Positions 24,960 through 37,814 of a stretch of DNA of 64,000 bases are shown here, piece by piece. The stretch covers positions 119,955,593 to 120,019,592 of the forward strand of contig NC_090378.1 of NCBI RefSeq assembly GCF_036365525.1, read 5' to 3'. The stretch is from Heterodontus francisci. Taxonomy: Eukaryota. The position numbers and the translations under genes were made by a program. The notes below the pieces were generated by a model that was given only the letters and a program-made list of their open reading frames with translations, made no database searches and had not been told where the DNA came from. Position 1 is the first letter of the stretch. Every line of letters starts with the position of its first letter.

Positions 24960-25072
24960 CTGAAAAGGAAAGATTTGCTGGGTTATGGGGCTGGAGAGGG
25001 ACAGTGGGAGGAATTGGGTAGCTCACAGGCACGATGGGCTGAATGGCCTCCTTCTGTGCTGTAAGATTCTAG
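24960..25072 (+). mobile_element. CR1-type LINE/SINE 3' tail remnant
   Basis: GGCACGATGGGCTGAATGGCCTCCTTCTGTGCTGTAAGATTCTA is a typical elasmobranch CR1-type 3' end. A second degenerate copy lies at about 27283-27325. Confidence 0.6.
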
Positions 25073-25314
25073 GTAGTGTGTGCGGTTCACAGTTTTGTCC
25101 CGTGTCATTAACAAACGTCCAGCTGCTCCGAGCTCCTTCTTTCACTTCCTCTGTTAGTTAAGTTTCAATCTTCCGATCTGACAGTCTTTGCAGTTATTTT
25201 TTACATTGGGGATTTCTGCTGTGGTCGGAGTCTCTAATAATAACCGTCCAATCAAAGAAAATAACAGCAGCTAAGACCAGTCAGCACTGAGGACCCAGTC
25301 TCACTGGGGAACAC

Positions 25315-25965
25315 ATTGGGAAGATCAAAGCCATTGTCTTCAGTTTCTGGTACAAACTCCATCCCTCTCCCTGAACACTGTCTGCTGCCGAACCAGACTC
25401 TTTACAACCTTAGTCTCATCTTTGACCCTGATCTGACCCCAAATCCTCCACATCTCAATGATTATCCACTTTCCCCTCTGTAACATTGCCCATCTCTGCC
25501 CCTCCCTCACTCCTTCCACTACTGAAACTCTTCTTCATGTCTTTGTCACCTCTAACTTTACTATTCCAGTGTTCTCCTGACCAGACTGCCATCCTCCACT
25601 CTCTGTATTCTTCAGCTCATCCGAAGCTCTGCTCTCTCTATCCTGTTCCAAACCAAGTCCTGTTCACCATCACCCCCGTCCATGCTGACCTACATTGGGC
25701 TTCCATCCCCAAACACCCTCAAATTTCAATGTAAAATTCTACTCTCTGGATTGAAATCCCTCCGTAGTCTTGACCCACCCCCCATATCTAGAACCTCCTT
25801 TAACCTTGGTCTCCTTGAAACACTTCACCCTCCTTAAAACCCACATCTTTAACCAAGCATTTGGTCACCCCTCCTAATCTCTCTCTATTACTTGTGTCTG
25901 TTTTCCTGATGTCATGTGAGGTGGCGTGCGATGTTTCTCTACATTAAAGAGGTGACTTGTTGCTG
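25315..25965 (+). mobile_element. Decayed L2-clade LINE 3' fragment
   Basis: Contains AAGATCAAAGCCATTGTCTTC (KTEAIVF-like) and ITPVHADLHW (L2 HITPVLxxLHWL motif), and resembles 23230-23850. Confidence 0.6.
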
Positions 25966-25967
25966 AT

Positions 25968-26260
25968 ATATATCGATGATTTGGTCTTGGACAGAGGGAG
26001 CACGATCATTGGAATGTGCTGATTACACAGAAGGAGAGGTTTGACAAACAGGGAGGAGAAGAGACAAAGACTCGGGGAGATGGATCAGGGAAGGGACAGA
26101 TCGGAGACTGACACAATTCAATGGCGAGGGGTTTGAGATGATGGGTTTTGGAAGGAAAAGGAGTGAAAAGCTGATGAAGGATGTGTAGAAGCAGAGAGAT
26201 CTCGGGTTCAATTACATCATTCCTTGAAAGTGGAAATGCAGATCGATAAACCCTTGAATT
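25968..26260 (+). mobile_element. Highly decayed CR1 reverse-transcriptase fragment
   Basis: IYIDDL followed by ADYT resembles the CR1 IYINDL...FADDTK catalytic region, with frameshifts. Confidence 0.4.
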
Positions 26261-26455
26261 AAAACAATCAACAGCGTTTGGAAACTAAAAACTACAGATA
26301 GTAGAAATCTGAAATCAAAACCGAGAATTCACTAAACATTCAGCAGCCTCTCGGGGATTAAACTTCAGGTTTTTATTCAAATTGTATTCAATAAACATGT
26401 GAATCTGAGGAGAATACAGGACTATGGGGATAGAGCAGGGTAGTGGGATTGGGAA

Positions 26456-27240
26456 TATAGGAACAGGAGGAGGCTGTTCAGCCCATCGAGCCTGTTCTAT
26501 CCTCCAGTTAGATCATCTGATCTGTATCTGATCTCCATCTCCCTGCCTTGGTCCCATAACCCACAATACCCCGACCCAACAAAATCTATCAAGCTCATTG
26601 TTAAATGTTTAAATTGATCTTCAGCCTCAACAGCTTTATGAGGGAGAGAGTTCCCGATTTCCACTCACCTTTATGTGAAGAAATGCCTCCTGACATCACC
26701 CCGAGCTCTAATATTAAGATTATGTCCCCTTGTTCTCGACTCCCCCACCAGAGGAAACAGTTTCTCGCCATCTCTCCGAATCATCTTAATCCTTTATTCA
26801 TCTTAAATACCTCAATGAGATCACCCCTGAATTCACATTCCCCCATCACTGTGATCACTAACCTACATTGGCTCCTGTTCCAGCAACACCTCGATGTTGC
26901 CTCATCTTGCCTCACATTATCCCTCCTCTCTGTCTCCTACCTCCTAACCAATTCCTTACCCATGTCAAAAGGTTTCCTCACATTCCATATGCTTCTATTT
27001 TGCGAACAGTCTCTTGTGTGGAACCTTCTCAAATGCCTTCTGGAAATCCATATAAATAACATCCATAGACATTCCCTTATCTACCACATTAGTGACCTCT
27101 TCAAAAAATACAACTCGATTAGTTAAACATGTTTCACCCTTTTTAAATCCGTGCTGACTCTCTCTGATCAGTTTCTATTTGTCAGTCATTCTGTCCCTAA
27201 TAACAGATTCAAATAACTTCCCCACAACAGATATTAAACT
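26456..27240 (-). mobile_element. CR1 LINE fragments in reverse orientation (3' end plus RT segment)
   Basis: Minus strand at about 27063-27001 encodes DVIYMDFQKAFEKVPHKRLFA (RT motif DxxYLDFxKAFDKVPH). 26456-26830 reads as a reversed CR1 3' end (…GATGGGCTGAACAGCCTCCTCCTGTTCCTAT). Confidence 0.75.
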
Positions 27241-27483
27241 GAGATGTTAGTCGTGAATTACTCGAGCAAACAGCTGGCAGAGAGACGAGGGGCTGAACGG
27301 CCTCCTCCTGTGCTGTAGAATTATACGGCTCTTTGGCTGAAACATGTGGATTGGAACAGGAGGTGTGCTGGAGTTTAAACAATGAGTTAAATATGGAGGT
27401 AGTGTCATTAGTGGGTAATGCACAGTCTACATTGTGTCCATTGACCGTCTCTAAAAGATGTCTTTCTCTTTTTCCCTTTTCAG

Positions 27484-27574
27484 ATCCAGGGCTGTAATTA
27501 AGGAGCTGAAAGAATATTTAGTGAAGAAGTTTCCGGACTGTGCGGTGTGTGTGAAGGTGTTCGGCAGTGACTGA
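27484..27574 (+). CDS. Candidate terminal coding exon of an unidentified gene
   Basis: A 21-nt pure pyrimidine tract and AG acceptor (27461-27483) precede the phase-2 frame SRAVIKELKEYLVKKFPDCAVCVKVFGSD, then TGA TGA TGA. ATTAAA occurs at 27817-27822. No upstream exons were identified with confidence. Confidence 0.4.
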
Positions 27575-27864
27575 TGATGACAGGTCCTTGTTCAGTCTGC
27601 TCCGCCCTCACCACTGATCAAGCAATGTAACCTCCTGTCACACTGAGTGAAATTACAATCGATATCATAGTGTCAGTCCCAGAAAACAACAGCATCACAG
27701 TCTGAGTCACTGGAACAGACATCACTGCCTCACATCAAAGAACAGATCCCTAATCCCCTCTCACCATGTTCATAAACCATACAGTAGAGAAAATATACTG
27801 ACAAACACCACCTTATATTAAACACTCACATCCATAGAACACCTTCAGAGGTAGAGGACGGGAC

Positions 27865-27945
27865 AGAGATTGAGAGAGAGAAAAAGAGAGAGTGAGATGG
27901 AGAGAGAGAGAGAGGGAGTGAGAGGGAGTGAGATGGAGACAGAGA
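27865..27945. repeat. (GA)n-rich microsatellite
   Basis: Degenerate GAGA run. Confidence 0.8.
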
Positions 27946-27967
27946 CTCTGTGTCAGCTCCTGTACAT

Positions 27968-28410
27968 GGAAGAGTGAAGAAGTCTTATTGCAGTTGGATC
28001 GGACCTTGCTGAGACCACACCTGGAGAACTGTGGCCAGTTTTGGTCTCTTGACCAAAGGAAGGATATTCTGGCCTTGGAAGGAGAGCAGCAAAGATTCAC
28101 CAGACTGATTCCTGGGATGCGGGGATTGTCCTATGAGGAGAGATTGAGTAGACTGGGATATTATTCCCTGAAATGTAGAAGAATGAGAGGTGATCTGATT
28201 GAAAGATATACAATTTTTAATGTGATTGACAGGGTAGATACTGGGAGGATGTTTTCCCCTGGCTGCAGAATCTAGAACTAGGGGTCACAGTCTCAGAATA
28301 AGGGGTCGGCCATTTCGGATTGAGATCAGGAGAAAGTTCTTCACTCAAGGGGTTGTGAATCTTTGGAATTCTGTTTCCCAGAGAGCAGTGGATGCTCAGT
28401 CATTGAAGAC
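27968..28410 (+). mobile_element. CR1 LINE ORF2 C-terminal fragment
   Basis: KSEEVLLQLDRTLLRPHLENCGQFWS...ALEGEQQRFTRLIPGMRGLSYEERLSRLGYYSL...RGDLIE, then after a frameshift ESRTRGHSLRI...FFTQGVVNLWNS. These are canonical CR1 ORF2 C-terminal motifs. Confidence 0.9.
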
Positions 28411-28540
28411 AGGAGTCTATAGATCCGGAGTGCGCCTGTTCCTGCCCAATTTCTAATACAATGGTGGAATTACACTCGAACCCTTGCTGCATGTAAAGTA
28501 TCAGCCATGGCTCAGTGTTTGCAGTAACGTTTATAGTCAT

Positions 28541-31500
28541 CAGTCTCCAGACAGAGCGCAATTCATCCAGTGCAGTCTCCAGCCGGGGCTCCATTCATCC
28601 AGTGCAGTCTCCAGCTAGGGCTCCATTCATCCAGTGCAGTCTCCAGCCAGGGCTCCATTCATCCAGTGCAGTCCCCAGTCAGGGCTCCATTCATCCAGTG
28701 CCGTCTCCAGTCAGGGCTCCGTTCATCCAGTGCCGTCTCCAGCCAGGGCTCCATTCATCCAGCGCAGTCTCCAGTCAGGGTTCCATTCATCCAGTGCAGT
28801 CTCCAGTCAGGGCTCCGTTCATCCAGTGCCGTCTCCAGCCAGGGCTCCATTCATCCAGTGCAGTCTCCAGTCAGGGCTCCGCTCATCCAGTGCCGTCTCC
28901 AGCCAGGGCTCCATTCATCCAGTGCCGTCTCCAGCCAAGGCTCCATTCATCCAGGGCAGTCTCTAGCCAGGGCTCCATTCATCCAGTGCAGTCTCCAGCC
29001 AGGGCTCCATTCATCCAGTTCAGTCTTCAGCCAGGGCTCCATTCATCCAGTGCCGTCTCCAGTCAGGGCTCCATTCATCCAGTTCAGTCTTCAGCCAGGG
29101 CTCCATTCATCCAGTGCAGTCTCCATCCAGGGCTCCATTCATCCAGTGCAGTCTCCGGTCAAGGCTCCATTCATCCAGTGCAGTCTCCAGTCAGGGCTCC
29201 GTTCATCCAGTGCAGTCTCCAGTCAGGGCACCATTCATCCAGTGCAGTCTCTAGCCAGGGCTCCATTCATCCAGTGCAGTCTCCAGCCAGGGCTCCATTC
29301 ATCCAGTGCCGTCTCCAGCCAAGGCTCCATTCATCCAGTGCAGTCTCTCGCCAGGGCTCCATTCATCCAGTGCAGTCTCCAGCCAGGGCTCCATTCATCC
29401 AGTGCAGTCTCCAGTCAATGCTCCATTCATCCAGTGCAGTCCTTAGCCAGGGCTCCATTCATCCAGTGCAGTCTCCAGCCAGAGCTCCATTCATCCAGTG
29501 CAGTCTCCAGCCAAGGCTCCATTCATCCAGTGCAGTTTCCAGCCATGGCTCCAATTATCCAATGCAGTCTCTAACCAGGGCTCCATTCATATAGTGCAGT
29601 CTCCAGCCAGGGCTCCATTCATCCAGTGCAGTCGCCGGTCAAGGCTCCATTCATCCAGTGCAGTCTCCAGTCAGGGCTCCGTTCATCCAGTGCAGTCTCC
29701 AGTCAGGGCTCCATTCATCCAGTTCAGTCTTCAGTCAGGGCTCGATTCATCCAGTGCCGTCTCCAGTCAGGGCTCCATTCATCCAGTGCAGTCTCCAGCC
29801 AGGGCTCCATTCATCCAGTGCAGTCTCCGGTCAAGGCTCCATTCATCCAGTGCAGTCTCCAGCCAGGGCTCCATTCATCCAGTGCCGTCTCCAGTCAGCG
29901 CTCCGTTCATCCAGTGCCGTCTCCAGTCAGGGCTCCATTCATCCAGTTCAGTCTCCAGTCAGGGCTCCGTTCATCCAGTGCCGTCTCCAGTCAGGGCTCC
30001 ATTCATCCAGTTCAGTCTTCAGCCAGGGCTCCATTCATCTAGTGCAGTCTCCAGCCAGGGCTCCATTCATCCAGTGCAGTCTCCAGCCAGGGCTCCATTC
30101 ATCCAGTGCCGTCTCCAGCCAAGGCTCCATTCATCCAGTGCAGTCTCTAGCCAGGGCTCCATTCATCCAGTGCAGTCTCCAGCCAGGGCTCCATTCATCC
30201 AGTGCAGTCTCCACTCAGGGCTCCATTCATCCAGTGCAGTCTCCAGTCAGGGCTCCATTCATCCAGTGCAGTCTCCAGCCAGAGCTCCATTCATCCAGTG
30301 CAGTCTCCAGCCAGGGCTCCATTCATCCAGTGCCGTCTCCAGCCAAGGCTCCATTCATCCAGTGCAGTCTCTATCCAGGGCTCTATTCATCCAGTGCAGT
30401 CTCAAGCCAGGGCTCCATTCATCCAGTGCAGTCACCAGTCAGGGCTCCATTCATCCAGTGCAGTCTCCAGTCAGGGCTCCATTCATCCAGTGCAGTCTCC
30501 AGCCAGAGCTCCATTCATCCAGTGCAGTCTCCAGCCAAGGCTCCATTCATCCATTGCAGTCTCCAGCCATGGCTCCATTCATCCAATGCAGTCTCTATCC
30601 AGGGCTCTATTCATCCAGTGCAGTCTCCAGCCAGGGCTCCATTCATCCAGTTCAGTCTTCAGCCAGGGCTCGATTCATCTAGTGCCGTCTCCAGTCAGGG
30701 CTCCATTCATCCAGTTTATTTTTCAGCCAGGGTTCGATTCATCCAGTGCCGTCTCCAGTCAGGGCTCCATTCATCCAGTGCAGTCTCTAGCCAGGGCTCC
30801 AGTCATCCAGTGCAGTCTCCAGCCAGGGCTCCATTCATCCAGTGCAGTCTCTAGCCAGGGCTCCATTCATCCAGTGCAGTCTCCAGCCTGGGCTCCATTC
30901 ATCCAGTGCAGTCTCTAGCCAGGGCTCCATTCATCCAGTGCAGTCTCTAGCCAGGGCTCCATTCATCCAGTGCAGTCTCCAGCCAGGGCTCCATTCATCC
31001 AGTGCAGTCTCCAGCCAATGCTCCATTCATCCTTTGCAGTCTCCAGTCAGGGCTCCATTCATCCAGTGCAGTCTCCAGCCAGGGCTCCATTCATCCAGTG
31101 CAGTCTCCAGCCAAGGCTCCATTCATCCAGTGCAGTTTCCAGCCATGGCTCCAATTATCCAATGCAGTCTCTAACCAGGGCTCCATTCATCCAGTGCAGT
31201 CTATGGTCAGGGCTCCATTCATCCAATGCAGTCTCCTGCCAGGGCTCCATTCATCCAGTGCAGTCTCCAGCCAGAGCTCCATTCATCCAGTGCAGTCTCC
31301 AGCCAGGGCTCCATTCATCCAGTGCCGTCTCTAGCCAAGGCTCCATTCATCCAGTGCAGTCTCCAGCCATGGCTCCATTCATCCAATGCAGTCTCTAGCC
31401 AGGGCTCCATTCATCCAGTGCAGTCTCCAGCCAGGGCTCCATTCATCCAGTTCAGTCTTCAGCCTGGGCTCCATTCATCCAGTGCCGTCTGCAGTCAGGG

Positions 31501-34500
31501 CTCCATTCATTCGGTTCAGTCTTCAGCCAGGGCTCCATTCATCCAGTGCAGTCTCCATCCAGGGCTCCATTCATCCAGTGCAGTCTCCGGTCAAGGCTCC
31601 ATTCATCCAGTGCAGTCTGCAGTCAGGGCTCCATTCATCCAGTGCAGTCTCCAGTCAGGGCACCATTCATCCAGTTCAGTCTTCAGCCAGGGTTCAATTC
31701 ATCCAGTGCATTCTCCAGTCAGGGCTCCATTCATCCAGTGCAGTCTCCAGCCAGGGCTCCATTCATCCAGTGCAGTCTCCAGCCAGGGCTCCATTCATCC
31801 AGTGCAGTCTCCAGCCAGGGCTCCATTCATCCAGTGCCGTCTCCAGCCAAGGCTCCATTCATCCAGTGCAGTCTCTAGCCAGGGCTCCATTCTTCCAGTG
31901 CAGTCTCCAGCCAGGGCTCCATTCATCCAGTGCAGTCTCCAGTCAGGGCTCCATTCATCCAGTGCAGTCTCCAGTCAGGGCTCCATTCATCCAGTGCAGT
32001 CTCCAGCCAGAGCTCCATTCATCCAGTGCAGTCTCCAGCCAAGGCTCCATTCATCCATTGCAGTCTCCAGCCATGGCTCCATTCATCCAATGCAGTCTCT
32101 ATCCAGGGCTCTATTCATCCAGTGCAGTCTCCAGCCAGGGCTCCATTCATCCAGTTCAGTCTTCAGCCAGGCCTCGATTCATCTAGTGCCGTCTCCAGTC
32201 AGGGCTCCATTCATCCAGTTTATTTTTCAGCCAGGGTTCGATTCATCCAGTGCAGTCTCCAGTCAGGGCTCCATTCATCCAGTGCAGTCTCTAGCCAGGG
32301 CTCCATTCATCCAGTGCAGTCTCCAGCCAGGGCTCCATTCATCCAGTGCAGTCATTAGCCAGGGCTCCATTCATCCAGTGCAGTCTCCAGCCAGGGCTCC
32401 ATTCATCCAGTGCAGTCTCTAGCCAGGGCTCCATTCATCCAGTGCAGTCTCTAGCCAGGGCTCCATTCATCCAGTGCAGTCTCCAGCCAGGGCTCCATTC
32501 ATCCAGTGCAGTCTCCAGCCAAGGCTCCATTCATCCTTTGCAGTCTCCAGTCAGGGCCCCATTCATCCAGTGCAGTCTCCAGCCAGGGCTCCATTCATCC
32601 AGTGCAGTCTCCAGCCATGGCTCCAATTATCCAATACAATCTCTAACCAGGGCTCCATTCATCCAGTGCAGTCTATGGTCAGGGCTCCATTCATCCAGTG
32701 CAGTCTCCTGCCAGGGCTCCATTCATCCAGTGCAGTCTCCAGCCAGAGCTCCATTCATCCAGTGCAGTCTCCAGCCAGGGCTCCATTCATCCAGTGCCGT
32801 CTCTAGCCAAGGCTCCATTCATCCAGTGCAGTCTCCAGCCATGGCTCCATTCATCCAATGCAGTCTCTAGCCAGGGCTCCATTCATCCAGTGCAGTCTCC
32901 AGCCAGGGCTCCATTCATCCAGTTCAGTCTTCAGCCAGGGCTCCATTCATCCAGTGCCGTCTGCAGTCAGGGCTCCATTCATTCGGTTCAGTCTTCAGCC
33001 AGGGCTCCATTCATCCAGTGCAGTCTCCATCCAGGGCTCCATTCATCCAGTGCAGTCTCCGGTCAAGGCTCCATTCATCCAGTGCAGTCTCCAGTCAGGG
33101 CTCCATTCATCCAGTGCAGTCTCCAGTCAGGGCACCATTCATCCAGTTCAGTCTTCTGCCAGGGCTCGATTCATCCAGTGCCTTCTCCAGTCAGGGCTCC
33201 ATTCATCCAGTTCAGTCTTCAGCCAGGGCTCCATTCATCCAGTGCAGTCTCCAGCCAGGGCTCCATTCATCCAGTGCAGTCTCCGGTCAAGGCTCCATTC
33301 ATCCAGTGCAGTCTCCAGTCAGGGCTCCATTCATCCAGTTCAGTCTCTAGCCAGGGCTTGATTCATCCAGTGCCGTCTCCAGTCAGGGCTCCATTCATCC
33401 AGTGCAGTCTCTAGCCAGGGCTCCATTCATCCAGTGCCGTCTCCAGCCAGGGCTCCATTCATCCAGTGCAGTCTCTCGCCAGGGCTCCATTCATCCAGTG
33501 CCGTCTCCAGCCAGGGCACCATTCATCCAGTGCAGTCTGCAGCCAGGGCTCCATTCATCCAGTGCAGTCTCCAGTCAGGGCTCCGTTCATCCAGTTCAGT
33601 CTTCAGCCAGGGTTCAATTCATCCAGTGCATTCTCCAGTCAGGGCTCCATTCATCCAGTGCAGTCTCGAGCCAGGGCTCCATTCATCCAGTGCAGTCTCT
33701 AGCCAGGGCTCCATTCATCCAGTGCAGTCTCCAGCCAGGGCTCCATTCATCCAGTGCCGTCTCCAGCCAAGGCTCCATTCATCCAGTGCAGTCTCTCGCC
33801 AGGGCTCCATTCATCCAGTGCAGTCTCCAGCCAGGGCTCCATTCATCCAGTGCAGTCTCCAGTCAGGGCTCCATTCATCCAGTGCAGTCCTTAGCCAGGG
33901 CTCCATTCATCCAGTGCAGTCTCCAGCCAGAGCTCCATTCATCCAGTGCAGTCTCCAGCCAAGGCTCCATTCATCCAGTGCAGTTTCCAGCCATGGCTCC
34001 AATTATCCAATGCAGTCTCTAACCACGGCTCCATTCATATAGTGCAGTCTCCAGCCAGGGCTCCATTCATCCAGTGCAGTCGCCGGTCAAGGCTCCATTC
34101 ATCCAGTGCAGTCTCCAGTCAGGGCTCCGTTCATCCAGTGCAGTCTCCAGTCAGGGCTCCATTCATCCAGTTCAGTCTTCAGTCAGGGCTCGATTCATCC
34201 AGTGCCGTCTCCAGTCAGGGCTCCATTCATCCAGTGCAGTCTCCAGCCAGGGCTCCATTCATCCAGTGCAGTCTCCGGTCAAGGCTCCATTCATCCAGTG
34301 CAGTCTCCAGCCAGGGCTCCATTCATCCAGTGCCGTCTCCAGTCAGGGCTCCGTTCATCCAGTGCCGTCTCCAGTCAGGGCTCCATTCATCCAGTTCAGT
34401 CTCCAGCCAGGGCTCCATTCATCCAGTGCATTCTCCAGCCAGGGCTCCATTCATCCAGTGCAGTCTCCAGCCAGGGCTCCATTCATCCAGTGCCGTCTCC

Positions 34501-35545
34501 AGCCAAGGCTCCATTCATCCAGTGCAGTCTCTGGCCAGGGCTCCATTCATCCAGTGCAGTCTCCAGCCAGGGCTCCATTCATCCAGTGCAGTCTCCAGTC
34601 AGGGCTCCATTCATCCAGTGCAGTCTCCAGTCAGGGCTCCATTCATCCAGTGCAGTCTCCAGCCAGAGCTCCATTCATCCAGTGCAGTCTCCAGCCAGGG
34701 CTCCATTCATCCAGTGCAGTCTCCAGTCAGGGCTCCATTCATCCAGTGCAGTCTCCAGTCAGGGCTCCATTCATCCAGTGCAGTCTCCAGCCAGAGCTCC
34801 ATTCATCCAGTGCAGTCTCCAGCCAAGGCTCCATTCATCCATTGCAGTCTCCAGCCATGGCTCCATTCATCCAATGCAGTCTCTATCCAGGGCTCTATTC
34901 ATCCAGTGCAGTCTCCAGCCAGGGCTCCATTCATCCAGTTCAGTCTTCAGCCAGGGCTCGATTCATCTAGTGCCGTCTCCAGTCAGGGCTCCATTCATCC
35001 AGTTTATTTTTCAGCCAGGGCTCCATTCATCCAGTGCAGTCTCTAGCCAGGGCTCCATTCATCCAGTGCAGTCTCTGGTCAAGGCTGCATTCATCCAGTG
35101 CAGTCTCCAGTCAGGGCTCCATTCATCCAGTTCAGTCTTCAGCCAGGGTTCGATTCATCCAGTGCCGTCTCCAGTCAGGGCTCCATTCATCCAGTGCAGT
35201 CTCTAGCCAGGGCTCCATTCATCCAGTGCAGTCTCCAGCCAGGGCTCCATTCATCCAGTGCAGTCTCCAGCCAGGGCTCCATTCATCCAGTGCAGTCTCC
35301 AGCCTGGGCTCCATTCATCCAGTGCAGTCTCTAGCCAGGGCTCCATTCATCCAGTGCAGTCTCTAGCCAGGGCTCCATTCATCCAGTGCAGTCTCCAGCC
35401 AGGGCTCCATTCATCCAGTGCAGTCTCCAGCCAAGGCTCCATTCATCCTTTGCAGTCTCCAGTCAGGGCTCCATTCATCCAGTGCAGTCTCCAGCCAGGG
35501 CTCCATTCATCCAGTGCAGTCTCTAGCCAGGGCTCCGTTCATCCA
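28541..35545. repeat. 32-bp tandem satellite, about 219 copies
   Basis: Consensus CCAGTGCAGTCTCCAGCCAGGGCTCCATTCAT, with substitution variants and apparently constant unit length. Confidence 0.98.
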
Positions 35546-35676
35546 TCATATCAGTAAAAAGTACAAGGTGAAAACCATGAAACTGTAATCGTGGAGCCTG
35601 TCCTCAGGATGGGGGATAAGGGAGCTGCATGGATTGGTGAAGAGACATCCTCTTTTCTCTCAGATACACACCTCCC

Positions 35677-36823
35677 TGACCTCCATTCCTCCCTCTATCT
35701 GACCTCCATCCCTCTCTCTATCTGAGCTCTATCCCTCCCTCTATCTGATCTCCATCCCTCCCTCTATCTGACCTCCATCCCTTCCTCTATCTGACCTCCA
35801 TCCCTCCCTCTATCTGACCTCCATCCCTCCCTCTATCTGATCTCCATCCCTCCCTCTATCTGACCTCCATCCCTCCCTCTATCTGACCTCCATCCCTCCC
35901 TCTATCTGATCTCCATCCCTCCCTCTATCTGACCTCCATCCCTCCCTCTATCTGATCTCCATCCCTCCCTCTATCTGAGCTCCATCCCTCCCTCTATCTG
36001 ATCTCCATCCCTCCCTCTATCTGACCTCCATCCCTCCCTCTATCTGATCTCCATCCCTCCCTCTATCTGATCTCCATCCCTCCCTCTATCTGACCTCCAT
36101 CTCTCCCTCTATCTGACCTCCATCCCTCCCTCTATCTGAGCTCCATCCCTCCCTCTATCTGATCTCCATCCCTCCCTATATCTGAGCTCCATCCCTCCCT
36201 CTGTCTGATCTCCATCCCTCCCTCTATCTGAGCTCCATCCCTCCCTCTATCTGATCTCCATCCCTCCCTCTATCTGATCTCCATCCCTCCCTCTATCTGA
36301 GCTCCATCCCTCCCTCTATCTGACCTCCATCCCTCCCTCTATCTGATCTCCATCCCTCCCTCTATCTGATCTCCATCCCTCCCTCTATCTGAGCTCCATC
36401 CCTCCCTCTATCTGAGCTCCATCCCTCCCTCTATCTGATCTCCATCCCTCCCTCTATCTGATCTCCATCCCTCCCTCTATCTGAGCTCCATCCCTCCCTC
36501 TATCTGATCTCCATCCCTCCCTCTATCTGATTTCCATCCCTCCCTCTATCTGAACTCCATCCCTCCCTCTATCTGATCTCCATCCCTCCCTCTATCTGAT
36601 CTCCATCCCTCCCTCTATCTGATTTCCATCCCTCCCTCTATCTGAACTCCATCCCTCCCTCTATCTGATCTCCATCCCTCCCTCTATCTGACCTCCATCC
36701 CTCCCTCTATCTGAACTCCATCCCTCCCTCTATCTGATCTCCATCCCTCCCTCTATCTGACCTCCATCCCTCCCTCTATCTGAACTCCATCCCTCCCTCT
36801 ATCTGATCTCCATCCCTCCCTCC
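35677..36823. repeat. 23-bp pyrimidine-rich minisatellite, about 50 copies
   Basis: Unit CTATCTGA(C/T/G/A)CTCCATCCCTCCCT, with one hypervariable position. Confidence 0.97.
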
Positions 36824-37132
36824 AGAGCTTTCTGCAAATAAACACAGAATGGATGAAAGATACAATAAAAGAATTATGAAGATGATTATCAGAGATGTGT
36901 CATTATTATAGTTAAAAAGGTCTCCTTCTCAGTGAAGATATATCCTGCTGAGTAATATATACAGACAGGCTGTGCTAAAGTTGGACAATGTTGAGATGTA
37001 GATTTTATATTTTACCAAAAAGCAGAATTGAGTAAACAAGATGTGAACAAGATGATTAGAAATTGTTTACAGACACTGATGACAGTCTCTGTGTTCCTCA
37101 GGCGGTCCCAGTCGTGTTGTTCACAAACCATG

Positions 37133-37814
37133 GGGGGAGTTTTATCCCCTCCCCCATGGCGGGTTTGGAGGTGGGAGAGCCGATAATCAGGTGGGATGGT
37201 GACGGGGGAGGGACCACCGCCAATTAAGGCCCTTCAGAGGGTAATTAATTCCCAATTACCTCATTGCACTCCCACCACAATTAGCCCAGCTGTGGGCGGG
37301 GCCTGTCGCCACACGGGGCGCATGACAAGAAAAACCGTGCGAGTTGCTTCCTGGCTCCGTTTGGGGAGGGGAGAGTCCCTTGTTAAAAGACACTTCGTGC
37401 CTGAACACGGAACCCAGTATCGGGAATGGGGGCCCGCTGAGAGTCAACCCCCCTTCCCTTGATGCTGACCCCCCCTACACACCTCTCCCATATGACCCCC
37501 ACCCCGCGGAACCACTCCTGCCCTGACCTACCTGTGACCTGGTTCCTGCACCGCTCCGAGGCCTCGGGTTGGTTCTCCACTGTCAGCAGCCACTGCCTCC
37601 ACTGTGGCGTTGCTCAGTTCCTCTGATTGGCCGGCAGTTCTCAGAGGGCGGGACTTCAGTGTGGTCCTTGATCCCAGGAAAGGTCCACTGCTGTCCAGTT
37701 ACGCGCCTAATTGGTACTTTATTTGGTGAGCCTCCCACAGAAGGAGAAACGTGGGGCTCTTGGTGGGTCTTTTGCTGGAGTCGGGACCCTGTCACCTGGA
37801 TAAACTCCTGACCC
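37133..37814. mobile_element. MITE-like DNA element with imperfect terminal inverted repeats
   Basis: Left end GGGGGAGTTTTATCC versus right end (reverse complement) GGGTCAGGAGTTTATCC. ATG flanks both sides (37130-37132 and 37815-37817), a possible 3-bp target-site duplication. The interior is GC-rich and non-coding. Confidence 0.5.

Noticed and set aside
28515-35557. Ser/Gln/Pro-rich mucin-like ORFs
   Set aside because: The 32-bp unit is not a multiple of 3, so the same peptide appears in all three frames; this is a satellite artefact.
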